From a virus (taxonomy: Duplodnaviria; Caudoviricetes), in IMG/VR virus record IMGVR_UViG_3300025803_000002, positions 1-40,543 of that record: a stretch of 40,543 nt of DNA, one strand, 5' to 3'. The notes beneath the pieces are model-generated. The model did not search any database. It was given only the letters and a program-made list of their open reading frames with translations, and was not told the DNA's origin. Of this stretch, positions 8,500 through 16,480 are shown in pieces. A program made the translations under genes and the position numbers. How positions within the stretch are numbered: position 1 is the stretch's first letter; each line of letters begins with the position of its first letter.

Positions 8500-8730
8500 C
8501 AGTAGATCCCCCCCGACAGGAAGTTGCGAGGTTGTTCGGTTTGATAGGTTGGCATGGCGCCGGCAAATGGATGAGCCGCGAGAATGTTGGCACTGCCGGA
8601 ACGAGCAGGATCAAAGGCTGCGTTTACACTGCGGATGCTCGAGGGGTCGCTGGCGATACCATGGCGCCTGTTGCGGCGCATCGTGCATCACCGGCTGACC
8701 TTGGGCGAATGGTGCGAGGTAGTTCTGCAT
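8499..8730 (-). pseudogene. Internally deleted, frame-broken relic of a virion-associated polyvalent-type protein
   Basis: ATG 8730 abuts the upstream stop and gives MQNYLAPFAQGQPVMHDAPQQAPWY... A different frame gives DPSSIRSVNAAFDPARSGSANILA...NFLSGGIY, ending with a TGATG overlap on the next gene. Confidence 0.55.
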
Positions 8731-9396
8731 CTATGCGGGCCTCAGTGCTACGGAGAAAGCCAACCAAGCGTCAGTTCCATCAGTGACAAATGTTGCAGGA
8801 TCTTCCGCGCCGGCTGTTTCGATTTCTTTGTAAGCCATCATGTTTGAGGCAAAGAGGATGCCGGCAAAATCAACGTCAGAATAACCGGAGATGCTGCACG
8901 ATGAAATCGCATCGTCATCAATGAACCCGACAGCTACAACGAACGCGCCGTCCGTCACTGTGGTTATTGACGGGCAATTTGGATCACCGGAGACCGCTGT
9001 TGCACTCGTTGTTGTGGCATCCAGTGGGGTGCTGGTATCGACGCCACGAAACACCATTGCGACGGCAGAGACGCCGCTGGATGGGCTCATATCGGGAACG
9101 GGGAACACCGTGTCGGGCGTGCTGCCCATAAATTTATACGATAGGGTGTGTTGGATTGAGTTGTTGTCGCCGTTTGAAATCGACGTGTAGCCTGTTGGCG
9201 TTGCCGCCGATCCAGCATCGCAACTGGCAATCCCTAAAACGAGATCGTTTTCAAGCAGCCCACCTGGTAATGTCATGTTGAACCCGGCGCCGCCGTTGTC
9301 CGTGTCGGATGCGCTGCCAACAAACGAGATCCCACCGCCACCCGCTGCCGGAGCTGCTTTTGCATTGAACCCGTTTAGGTTCGTGACACTAAGCAC
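8731..9396 (-). CDS. Putative virion appendage / receptor-binding beta-sandwich protein
   Basis: Likely GTG start at 9396, a short N-terminal peptide, an AAGGGG linker, then ISFVGSAS...TPTGYT...PSITTVTDGAFVVAVG...FSVALRPA. Confidence 0.65.
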   Translation of the reverse strand: MLSVTNLNGFNAKAAPAAGGGGISFVGSASDTDNGGAGFNMTLPGGLLENDLVLGIASCDAGSAATPTGYTSISNGDNNSIQHTLSYKFMGSTPDTVFPVPDMSPSSGVSAVAMVFRGVDTSTPLDATTTSATAVSGDPNCPSITTVTDGAFVVAVGFIDDDAISSCSISGYSDVDFAGILFASNMMAYKEIETAGAEDPATFVTDGTDAWLAFSVALRPA

Positions 9397-9904
9397 TGGG
9401 CCACACCACATCGACAGAGCGAACACCTGCAACGTCGTTCGCAGCCTCGATCAGCGCAACGGATGCATTGCTGGCCGTGCGAACATCGCTAATTGCCGAC
9501 CACAGTGCCGAATATGCTGCATAGGCAATTTTTGCGTCTGCCGGCCATGCCGAGACATCCGGGCCATGATCCAACGTCAGATTGAGACCCAATGCCAAAG
9601 CGTTGCGCTGTTTGTATTCCGGCATGATCGCCAGGATGCGCGCGCCGGCCTCTTTGTTGATCTTCCGAATGCGATCCGCCTTCGCCTGCTCCAGCGCTTT
9701 GTCGGAGACCGTCCAGGCAATACGGACCTGACTGGCTTCGATGACTTCCGACCTGGTTAGGTCTTGAGTGTCATCAAACGTCGGCTTGTCATCTTCCACG
9801 ATCGGCCGCCAGACCGGGCCACCATCCGAAGATGTCGCGCTTGTCGGGTTTGTCTTTCTTTCACGTGAAACAATCACGCCATCGACAACCTTTGCATGCA
9901 TCAT
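9389..9904 (-). CDS. Tail-fibre-assembly-like protein
   Basis: N-terminal PVWRPIVEDDKPTFD and C-terminal ARILAIMPEYKQRN...W pattern seen in phage fibre chaperones. Confidence 0.55.
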   Translation of the reverse strand: MMHAKVVDGVIVSRERKTNPTSATSSDGGPVWRPIVEDDKPTFDDTQDLTRSEVIEASQVRIAWTVSDKALEQAKADRIRKINKEAGARILAIMPEYKQRNALALGLNLTLDHGPDVSAWPADAKIAYAAYSALWSAISDVRTASNASVALIEAANDVAGVRSVDVVWPSA

Positions 9905-10545
9905 GAGTCGTTTGTCGCATCTGCTGTGTAGTGGATTTTGACGCCCATCAACCGGGCATCGCCGGTCATTGTGTCAGAGCCGTTGTTGGCGTCGCGATAT
10001 ACTCGGAAGGCAACGTACTCTTCTGCCCCTGGGGTTCCTGCCACGGTCATTGCGCTGGTTTCATCCGTAATGATCACGTCTCCAGCCGTTGCCTCAGCGG
10101 CATCAGTCACGGTCACTGCCGTTCCAAACGCCGTATCAAGTGCATCAGAGTTCGCGAACGCAACCGACTGGACGCCCCAAATACAGTTCCCGCTTGTCGC
10201 AGTGGTCTGCCACACGAACTGAGCAACTAAAGTGCCTGCGTCCCATGACTTGGGCATCTGGATCTGGAAGTGTGCGAATTCATCCGTGCTGTCGTCAAAA
10301 TCCAACACCGCGACGTTTACAGTGTTGGTTGTCGTCTCGACTTGCGCCGCGGCCGCACCATTGGTGGTTGCGGCCGTCATTGCTCCGGATGGAATCCAGA
10401 TGGTTTCCTGGCCAACACCGAGCGCCGGGATATCGCCGATCTCGCCATAGCCATCGGTGTTGCTGTCTGACACATCCGTGATCGGGAAGCGATCAGTCGC
10501 CGCCAGCGTAATCTTGGATTTATCTTTCCAGCGAACGTCAGCCAT
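9901..10545 (-). CDS. Putative virion structural (fibre) protein
   Basis: 214 aa, Thr/Ala/Asp-rich, with FQIQMPKSWDAGT and FRVYRDANNGSDTMTGDARL. Lies in the structural operon with coupled start/stop codons. Confidence 0.65.
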   Translation of the reverse strand: MADVRWKDKSKITLAATDRFPITDVSDSNTDGYGEIGDIPALGVGQETIWIPSGAMTAATTNGAAAAQVETTTNTVNVAVLDFDDSTDEFAHFQIQMPKSWDAGTLVAQFVWQTTATSGNCIWGVQSVAFANSDALDTAFGTAVTVTDAAEATAGDVIITDETSAMTVAGTPGAEEYVAFRVYRDANNGSDTMTGDARLMGVKIHYTADATNDS

Positions 10546-11021
10546 TAACTGCCACCGCCGCTAACTTGGAAATATCCACCAGCAGCAAGCTGAATTGTGA
10601 AGTCGGCACCATCAACAGCGGTCACGTCTGCCGGCGAGTTATCGAGTAGGCAGTACGCCATAATCTTGTCAGCGGCCTGCGGAACACTGGACCCGGCTGC
10701 AATGTGAACCAGCACAGCATAGCGTGCCGTGATTGATCCGCCCGATGCCGTCCAGCTTGGGTCATCACTGTCAAACGTGACCGTTCCACTGCTTTCGGTC
10801 CAAGTTGGCGTTGAAAGTATATCACCGCCTGTCGTGTAACCGTTGCCGTTGGCGACTTCTGCGCCTGACACACTCGAATAAGCCTCATGCGTGATTGCTG
10901 GCGTGTAGCTCGACGTTGCCAGGAAGACCGAGAAGTACCCAGTCCCCGCGTCAAGGTCGATCGTCCCGTCGCCGATGTATTCCTTGGTCTTGTTATAGAT
11001 CTTCCAAGCATCTGCTGCCAT
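10545..11021 (-). CDS. Virion structural protein
   Basis: AAGGA RBS and EVANGNGYTTGG...FDSDDPSWTASGGSITARYAVL, a recurrent phage structural-protein pattern. Confidence 0.7.
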   Translation of the reverse strand: MAADAWKIYNKTKEYIGDGTIDLDAGTGYFSVFLATSSYTPAITHEAYSSVSGAEVANGNGYTTGGDILSTPTWTESSGTVTFDSDDPSWTASGGSITARYAVLVHIAAGSSVPQAADKIMAYCLLDNSPADVTAVDGADFTIQLAAGGYFQVSGGGS

Positions 11022-11033
11022 GTTCTTCTTTCC

Positions 11034-11879
11034 TTAAACGATGCCGTAAACGTTGCCGGACTCGTCCACATACTGATCCGGCGTTCCATCGACCATGATA
11101 TCGCCGTTGAGAACGGTCGGTGTCTGGCCTGCGTAGGTAATGCTTGCACTTGCAGGTTGCGCCGTGATGCTGATGAGCAGTGTCGGCGCTTGGCCTGCAT
11201 AGGTGACGCTGGCCGATGCCGGCGCAAGAACGCGATCAACAATTACACTTGGTGCTGTGCTGCTGTACGTCACGCTTGCTGCATCAGGCTTGATGATGTC
11301 ATCAACAACAACCGATGGCACAGCACCTGCGTAAGTCACGGCAGCGGCTGCCGGTCTTAGGATAATGTCTGCGTATACTTGTGGTGCTTGCCCGCTGTAC
11401 GTGACATTTGCCGCTGCCGGCTTGACCGTTGCACCAGCGGCCACATTTGGCGCGTGGCCGGTGTAGGTAATGCTTGCCGCAGCAGGCCTAAGCAAATCAT
11501 CCACGACAAGCGTTGGCGCCGCGCTTGAATATGTGACCGATGCTGACGCGACGAAGATTGGCAGAACCGGTGCATGGCCGATGTAGGACACAGCAGCAGC
11601 CGCTGGCGTCAAAATACGATCAACCGGCGCACCGGTTAGATTGTCTTCTGTAACCTGGTTGAGTTCCAGGAACACATCGGTTGGTTCTGGACGCGCGTTC
11701 GGAACACGTTGCTCGTCTTTCTTGCCGCGTACAAAGTCCTGCGGGTGGCGCGGTTCCCAATCATCAAGGCAGACTCTCAGGTTGTCCCACCGCATCCGTG
11801 TTTGTGACGCGCGCGTTTTAAACCCGCATTCGTCGCACAGAACCCAGTGGTCGCCAGCAACATAGGCGGGATCAGCCAA
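11034..11879 (-). CDS. Cys-motif domain fused to about 8 tandem ~22-aa repeats
   Basis: N-terminal CDECG...VCLDDWEPRHPQ, then repeats of hhxPAAAsVTYxGxAPxh. Confidence 0.75.
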   Translation of the reverse strand: MADPAYVAGDHWVLCDECGFKTRASQTRMRWDNLRVCLDDWEPRHPQDFVRGKKDEQRVPNARPEPTDVFLELNQVTEDNLTGAPVDRILTPAAAAVSYIGHAPVLPIFVASASVTYSSAAPTLVVDDLLRPAAASITYTGHAPNVAAGATVKPAAANVTYSGQAPQVYADIILRPAAAAVTYAGAVPSVVVDDIIKPDAASVTYSSTAPSVIVDRVLAPASASVTYAGQAPTLLISITAQPASASITYAGQTPTVLNGDIMVDGTPDQYVDESGNVYGIV

Positions 11880-12567
11880 CGCCGTAGTATCCTGGTTCGA
11901 ACCTTACATACTGCTCTCTGTCGAAGCTGTCGTATTGCCTTTTCATAGCTTCAGCACGAGCAATCACCCGCTGCACTGATGGATCGCTGTCGCCGTCCAT
12001 ATCAGCCAGCCGAGCGGCCAGGTTATACGTCACCACCGGTAGTGCCTCTTGCGGCACGTCGATGTCATCGGTGCTCGCCGTCACGTCCTCAACAACGCGC
12101 TGGTATGTGACCTGCAGCGTTTCTGTTGTGGCAGTATTGAGCACCGGCCATGTCGTGATTGTCGTTGATGTCGTGCCCTTGTCGAGCCAATAAGCAGTTG
12201 GTGTACCGTTGCTCGATTTGAGGGGCTGTTCGTCGTATTCTTCGCCCGTCATTTCTTCCATTGGCAGATCGCGGCTGTTCGCATCGCGATACCGCACTGA
12301 GTACACCTTCACCGGGCGCGGATCGAGCGTATAGGTGGCAGTGTCGCTCACAAGAGTAACACTGCCACGTTCTGCACGCCAAAGGTTTGGGCCGGTCGTC
12401 TGCCACTCCTTAAGCATGAGGTTGAGCATGGTCAAACCATCCGCCATGTCTTCCGCATTCACGGTCGTGTCGTGTGAATTGAGCGCGCCAATAAGCTTGA
12501 GCGCAAATTTCACAGTATCACCCGCATTTTTGGAAAACGTGATGACGCCAGAAGTGGCCATGCTCAA
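11872..12567 (-). CDS. Head-tail adaptor (P22 gp4-position)
   Basis: ALKLIG...GLTMLNLMLKEW N-helices and C-terminal YNLAARLA. Synteny supports the call. Confidence 0.75.
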   Translation of the reverse strand: MSMATSGVITFSKNAGDTVKFALKLIGALNSHDTTVNAEDMADGLTMLNLMLKEWQTTGPNLWRAERGSVTLVSDTATYTLDPRPVKVYSVRYRDANSRDLPMEEMTGEEYDEQPLKSSNGTPTAYWLDKGTTSTTITTWPVLNTATTETLQVTYQRVVEDVTASTDDIDVPQEALPVVTYNLAARLADMDGDSDPSVQRVIARAEAMKRQYDSFDREQYVRFEPGYYGVG

Positions 12568-12578
12568 CCTCGACTTTC

Positions 12579-12986
12579 TTATTCAGTCGTGAAATGCACG
12601 AACACGATCGTGGCTCCACCCGTTGCAGCCGATGCACCGGCCTTGCCATAAACCGCAGTTGCGGTTGTGAGCAGATCGCCGATCAGTGCGCCGGTTGTCC
12701 CAGCGGCCACCGCCGAACTGATCGCAGCGTCACAATCCAGCTCATTCGCGAATCCGTCGTCATCTCCAGTCGTGCCGATATCTACGGTTGGACTTGAGCC
12801 GCCCGTTGCCCCGCCATTCGCCACAACATCAATCACGCGGGCATTGACCGGAAGTGTCCCGAGCAATACCTGACTTGCTGACGTTGGATCAAATGTTGCT
12901 CGCAGGACATGAACCGCGCTGGCGTTGGTGACAGTACCTCCATCACCAACGCCAACGCCCCGAGCAAACCTTGTAGGGCCAGCCAT
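12579..12986 (-). CDS. Putative capsid decoration protein
   Basis: Real start is probably ATG 12986 (TAATG overlap with the capsid stop). MAGPTRFARG..., Gly/Ala/Thr-rich. Confidence 0.65.
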   Translation of the reverse strand: MAGPTRFARGVGVGDGGTVTNASAVHVLRATFDPTSASQVLLGTLPVNARVIDVVANGGATGGSSPTVDIGTTGDDDGFANELDCDAAISSAVAAGTTGALIGDLLTTATAVYGKAGASAATGGATIVFVHFTTE

Positions 12987-13900
12987 TACGCTGCACCTGG
13001 GCTCATATACATGCCCCGCCAATCCGTCCAACCGACCGAGAACCGCATTGTTGATTTCGCCTTGGCGTTATCCGTGTCGAAATCATTGTCTTTGGTAAAG
13101 TCGGTCGCACGCCGCGTAAACCGGCGCATGGAGTCCGGCGCGTTTGTCTTGATAAAAAACGCATCCGCATCGGTCAGATAGTGATTGATACAAGTGCCGT
13201 CTGGGAACATCCCTTGAGACCTCAACGCGTTGATATCGTTGTTGGCCGTGCCGGTTTGCAGTTCCGAGCGCAGAATGCGCTCCGCTTCAAACTTCAGATC
13301 AGGCGGCACGATAACTTTCTTCGGCATCAACGCAATACGCAGACCGCGAGAGTTCTTCGCCTGCATGATCTGAATGCAGAGGCTTTCGAGCGCGGCTTCT
13401 GACAAGTCAGCAGCCGTTGCCATCTTGTTGGATTGAGTGCCATCGAGAGTTGGATGAGCAGCTGAACCAAGCTCGACACCATCGCCGCCCGCATACGACG
13501 CGTTGAACGCGCGATTTAGAACGTTCGCCGCGACAACTTCTTCAGTCTGACGCATAGAGAACGCCAGTGACTTAATGCGCTTGCGTGAAACGCTCTCATA
13601 AAGATTGTCTTCAAGCTCTTCACGCGAGACGATATAGCCGAGGCCATAAACGACGTGCGTATAGCGCTTTGTTGGTCCTTGGCTTTCCGAGTCGTAAGAC
13701 ACCGCGCCGGCCTGCTGTTTGACCGGAGCCAAACCGAAGCCAGTAATCTCAGCGTCTTCCTCGTAGTTCTTCGACGATTTCTCCTCGTCAAAAATTTCAG
13801 ACCATTCCTTTGGGTGCTCGTTGTAAGACTTGCCCCAAAACTTGTTCATCCCAGGCCATAGCGCCTTGGGATGGTTGCCAGTCGTGATTACGCCTGCCAT
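12986..13900 (-). CDS. Major capsid protein
   Basis: 304 aa, with KALWPG, GFGLAPVK, EDNLY, ANVLNRAF and RFSVGWTDWRG motifs of the Mu gpT-like MCP family. Lies downstream of portal and scaffold. Confidence 0.88.
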   Translation of the reverse strand: MAGVITTGNHPKALWPGMNKFWGKSYNEHPKEWSEIFDEEKSSKNYEEDAEITGFGLAPVKQQAGAVSYDSESQGPTKRYTHVVYGLGYIVSREELEDNLYESVSRKRIKSLAFSMRQTEEVVAANVLNRAFNASYAGGDGVELGSAAHPTLDGTQSNKMATAADLSEAALESLCIQIMQAKNSRGLRIALMPKKVIVPPDLKFEAERILRSELQTGTANNDINALRSQGMFPDGTCINHYLTDADAFFIKTNAPDSMRRFTRRATDFTKDNDFDTDNAKAKSTMRFSVGWTDWRGMYMSPGAA

Positions 13901-13913
13901 GTGTCAGACCCCC

Positions 13914-14486
13914 TTAGACGCCAGTTAGATTGCGATGAGTGTGAAGATTGATTGCAACTTCGGCTTTGGTGTTCGTCGCGAACTCGTTGTCAGGACGTTG
14001 CACAATGCCGAGGATGCGAAGCTGCAGTGTGTTTGTGGTTGCCGCGGTGGATGTGTCCAACTCAGCACCTGAGCGGCCGTAGGTGGCGTCGCCAGTACCA
14101 GCAACCCAATCAGCGTTTAGACCAATATCAGCAGCAGCCAGATCGCCACCAGTGCCATCGGATTGGATCTCAAACACAAGGTCAGGATCATCCGCAACCC
14201 ACACATACCGAGCCGTTGATGCTTCGCGGTAGGGCGTTGAATCCCGCGTGATCGGCTCAACCGAAACAACAGGCCCAAGCATGTAACCACCTGATCCAGC
14301 CGTTGCCTTGGTTACTGTCTGCACGCCAGCAGCATCCGCACCGCCTGCGGTGTTGACGGGATCACCAAGATAAAGCGCCGTGCTGTCGCCAGCAGGCACA
14401 TAGTACCGCGTTGCTCCGCCGTTGTAAGGCGCACCGCTGCGATGACGAACAGGCCAAAGGCCTTTCGCCACGTCGTTATTAGCCAT
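13914..14486 (-). CDS. Conserved head protein preceding the MCP (cement/decoration-like)
   Basis: MANNDVAKGLWPV...GDPV...DDPDLVFEIQ...LRILG pattern. Confidence 0.7.
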   Translation of the reverse strand: MANNDVAKGLWPVRHRSGAPYNGGATRYYVPAGDSTALYLGDPVNTAGGADAAGVQTVTKATAGSGGYMLGPVVSVEPITRDSTPYREASTARYVWVADDPDLVFEIQSDGTGGDLAAADIGLNADWVAGTGDATYGRSGAELDTSTAATTNTLQLRILGIVQRPDNEFATNTKAEVAINLHTHRNLTGV

Positions 14487-14510
14487 GTTCTAATTCCGTT
14501 TCGTTGGTGT

Positions 14511-15011
14511 TTAGTCGCGTCGACCTATTGAGATCGCGCCTTGAGGGACATAGCCCTCGCCAGGTGAAAGGCCTTCAGCTCCGTGCGCGGCGTGCTTTAT
14601 CTGCTGCTCCATCGCGTCAATATTTTCTTGAGCTTTTGCCTTGTCGTGTTCGTACCATTCCTTGCGTTTGCGAACGAGAATTGCGCGCTTTCCTCCGCGA
14701 TCAACTACCCGTTCAATACCAGCGCCATTGCCCATGTCTTTGGCATTTTCGGCGCCCATGTCATCTACTGTTACGCGGTCCCAATCATCTTCTTGAGTGA
14801 GACGATGCATTCTGCCAGGATCGTCGTTAACCCAGCGATATTCGTAGTCAGGATCTTTTGTGCCATCGAGCGCCAGCGGGTCATGCCGTCCAATGGATTG
14901 ATCATCGCGGCGACGACGCGTGCGAATCTCGGTGTCTTTGCGAGACGGACGGCCCCGCTTTGGTTTCTCAGTCGGGGCGTCAAGCATCTCTGTTTCCATG
15001 ATCTCGCTCAT
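14511..15011 (-). CDS. Conserved head-module hypothetical protein
   Basis: YEYRWVNDDPGR motif. ATGA overlap with the scaffold gene. Confidence 0.7.
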   Translation of the reverse strand: MSEIMETEMLDAPTEKPKRGRPSRKDTEIRTRRRRDDQSIGRHDPLALDGTKDPDYEYRWVNDDPGRMHRLTQEDDWDRVTVDDMGAENAKDMGNGAGIERVVDRGGKRAILVRKRKEWYEHDKAKAQENIDAMEQQIKHAAHGAEGLSPGEGYVPQGAISIGRRD

Positions 15012-15937
15012 TCGTTTTCAAAATAGTCTTTGGCGTATTCGTCAACAGACTTGTAAAGCCCCTCTTCGACGAAAGCTTTTGCCTGCTTACGTGCTTCAGG
15101 CGGCAGGCTTGCTGCGCCACGCCCACTCTGGCGGGTTGCTGCGCCACGACCGGCACCTGAACCTTCGACAGCCGGCGCCGACGGCCTGTGGTTCGTCGCA
15201 GAAGGTGTTCCGAATTTCTCCGGGTAGGCGGTTCTGACCCGCGCTTCGGTCTGCTTCAGAACCTCGCCAAGCGTTAAGTTTGGGTTTGCGTTACCAATCG
15301 CCTGAGAGACGCTCACAGCCATTGTGTGCATTTCCCGGTTGGTCTCAAACCACGGGTTGCGCTCTACGAACTGTTGCGTCTCTGGCTGCTCATAGACACT
15401 TTGCTGTGGCGCTTGGGGTTGTGGCTGCTGGACAACTTCCCTAACTTCGTTGTCGAACTGCCCAAGCGCCTGATATTCTTGCTGTGCAATCTGGTCGAAC
15501 TGATCCGTGTCGCCGAGCTCAACCGCCTGTCGTTTCGCTGCGTGAAACTGGCCGGCTAATTGCTCACGTTGACGGATCAGAGCGATTTCATTCATACGCC
15601 GCATTTGAGCTAACTCAGCGTCCCGCGCTTGTTCGCGTCGGGTCGATTCCGTGACCTGCTCAGCTAACCGCTTGTTGCGCTCTCGAAGGATTGGAAGCTC
15701 TTCTTCGCCGCGCCGGTTGAACTCATCTGCATCAACCCATCGGTCAGGGTCTCCGCGATATTCTTCTTTCGGGCGCCAACCTTGAGCACGCGCGCGGGCT
15801 TCTGAGTCATTCGTCTCTGGCCGCTCTTCGCCGCCAACCTCAGTGCCTTCGTTCGGAGTTTCGTGTTGTGGCGCCTCATCAACTGAGGCTTCTTCAACGT
15901 GCTCCGGCTCGTCGTATTCTTGCTGGAGTTCCTGCAT
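15008..15937 (-). CDS. Scaffolding protein
   Basis: Acidic N-terminus, ARAQGWRPKEE, a long coiled coil, NPWF, and C-terminal LPPEARK...EYAKDY. Confidence 0.75.
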   Translation of the reverse strand: MQELQQEYDEPEHVEEASVDEAPQHETPNEGTEVGGEERPETNDSEARARAQGWRPKEEYRGDPDRWVDADEFNRRGEEELPILRERNKRLAEQVTESTRREQARDAELAQMRRMNEIALIRQREQLAGQFHAAKRQAVELGDTDQFDQIAQQEYQALGQFDNEVREVVQQPQPQAPQQSVYEQPETQQFVERNPWFETNREMHTMAVSVSQAIGNANPNLTLGEVLKQTEARVRTAYPEKFGTPSATNHRPSAPAVEGSGAGRGAATRQSGRGAASLPPEARKQAKAFVEEGLYKSVDEYAKDYFENE

Positions 15938-15939
15938 GA

Positions 15940-16254
15940 TCAGGCCCTCACTGCAATAATGTCTTTGTCATTCATCAGGCGATATTCCACACCATCTGCG
16001 CCCTTAATGCGCTTACCGGCGAACCGCGCGAAAACAACGTGCGCACCAAGATCTGGCGCATGGGATTCGATGGCCGGGTCATAGGTAAATGCCGCCTGAG
16101 ACATTGCGATCAGCTTGCCTTCATCGGCTGCGTGCTCATCTTTTTCTCTGGTCTGGTCTGGGATATAGATTCCGCCTGCGGTCTTTTCTTCGACCTCAAC
16201 CGGCTTCACCAGAACCTGATACTGTGTTGGCGTAACGCCGCTCACGTTGATCAT
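15940..16254 (-). CDS. groES: Co-chaperonin GroES (Cpn10)
   Basis: VLVKP, mobile loop EEKTAGGIYIPD, VVFARFAG and YRLMNDKDIIAV. Confidence 0.93.
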   Translation of the reverse strand: MINVSGVTPTQYQVLVKPVEVEEKTAGGIYIPDQTREKDEHAADEGKLIAMSQAAFTYDPAIESHAPDLGAHVVFARFAGKRIKGADGVEYRLMNDKDIIAVRA

Positions 16255-16480
16255 CTAACTCTTCCTCGATGTCTGTTGCTGTGACTGCCTTCATTTGCTC
16301 AAACGCTTCCGCTCTGGCCTTTAGCTGAGCCAGTTCTGCGGGATTACAAACGCCACTATTCCAAGACTGCTGAACCCAATGCGCTTTGGCTTTCTCTGCC
16401 GCTGCGGCCAGCATCTTAAAAAACAGTTCCCCGACTTCGGTTTCTTTCCACTCTTCGAGGTCTTGTTGAGTTATTTTCAT
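16196..16480 (-). CDS. Hypothetical protein
   Basis: ATGA overlap with the portal stop. Helical 94-aa ORF. Confidence 0.7.
   Translation of the reverse strand: MKITQQDLEEWKETEVGELFFKMLAAAAEKAKAHWVQQSWNSGVCNPAELAQLKARAEAFEQMKAVTATDIEEELDDQRERRYANTVSGSGEAG

Noticed and set aside
10622-11242. 206-aa alternative-frame ORF in the structural region
   Set aside because: Its Arg/Ser-rich composition is typical of an off-frame read of GC-rich genes, and it has no motif, unlike the nested methyltransferase frame.
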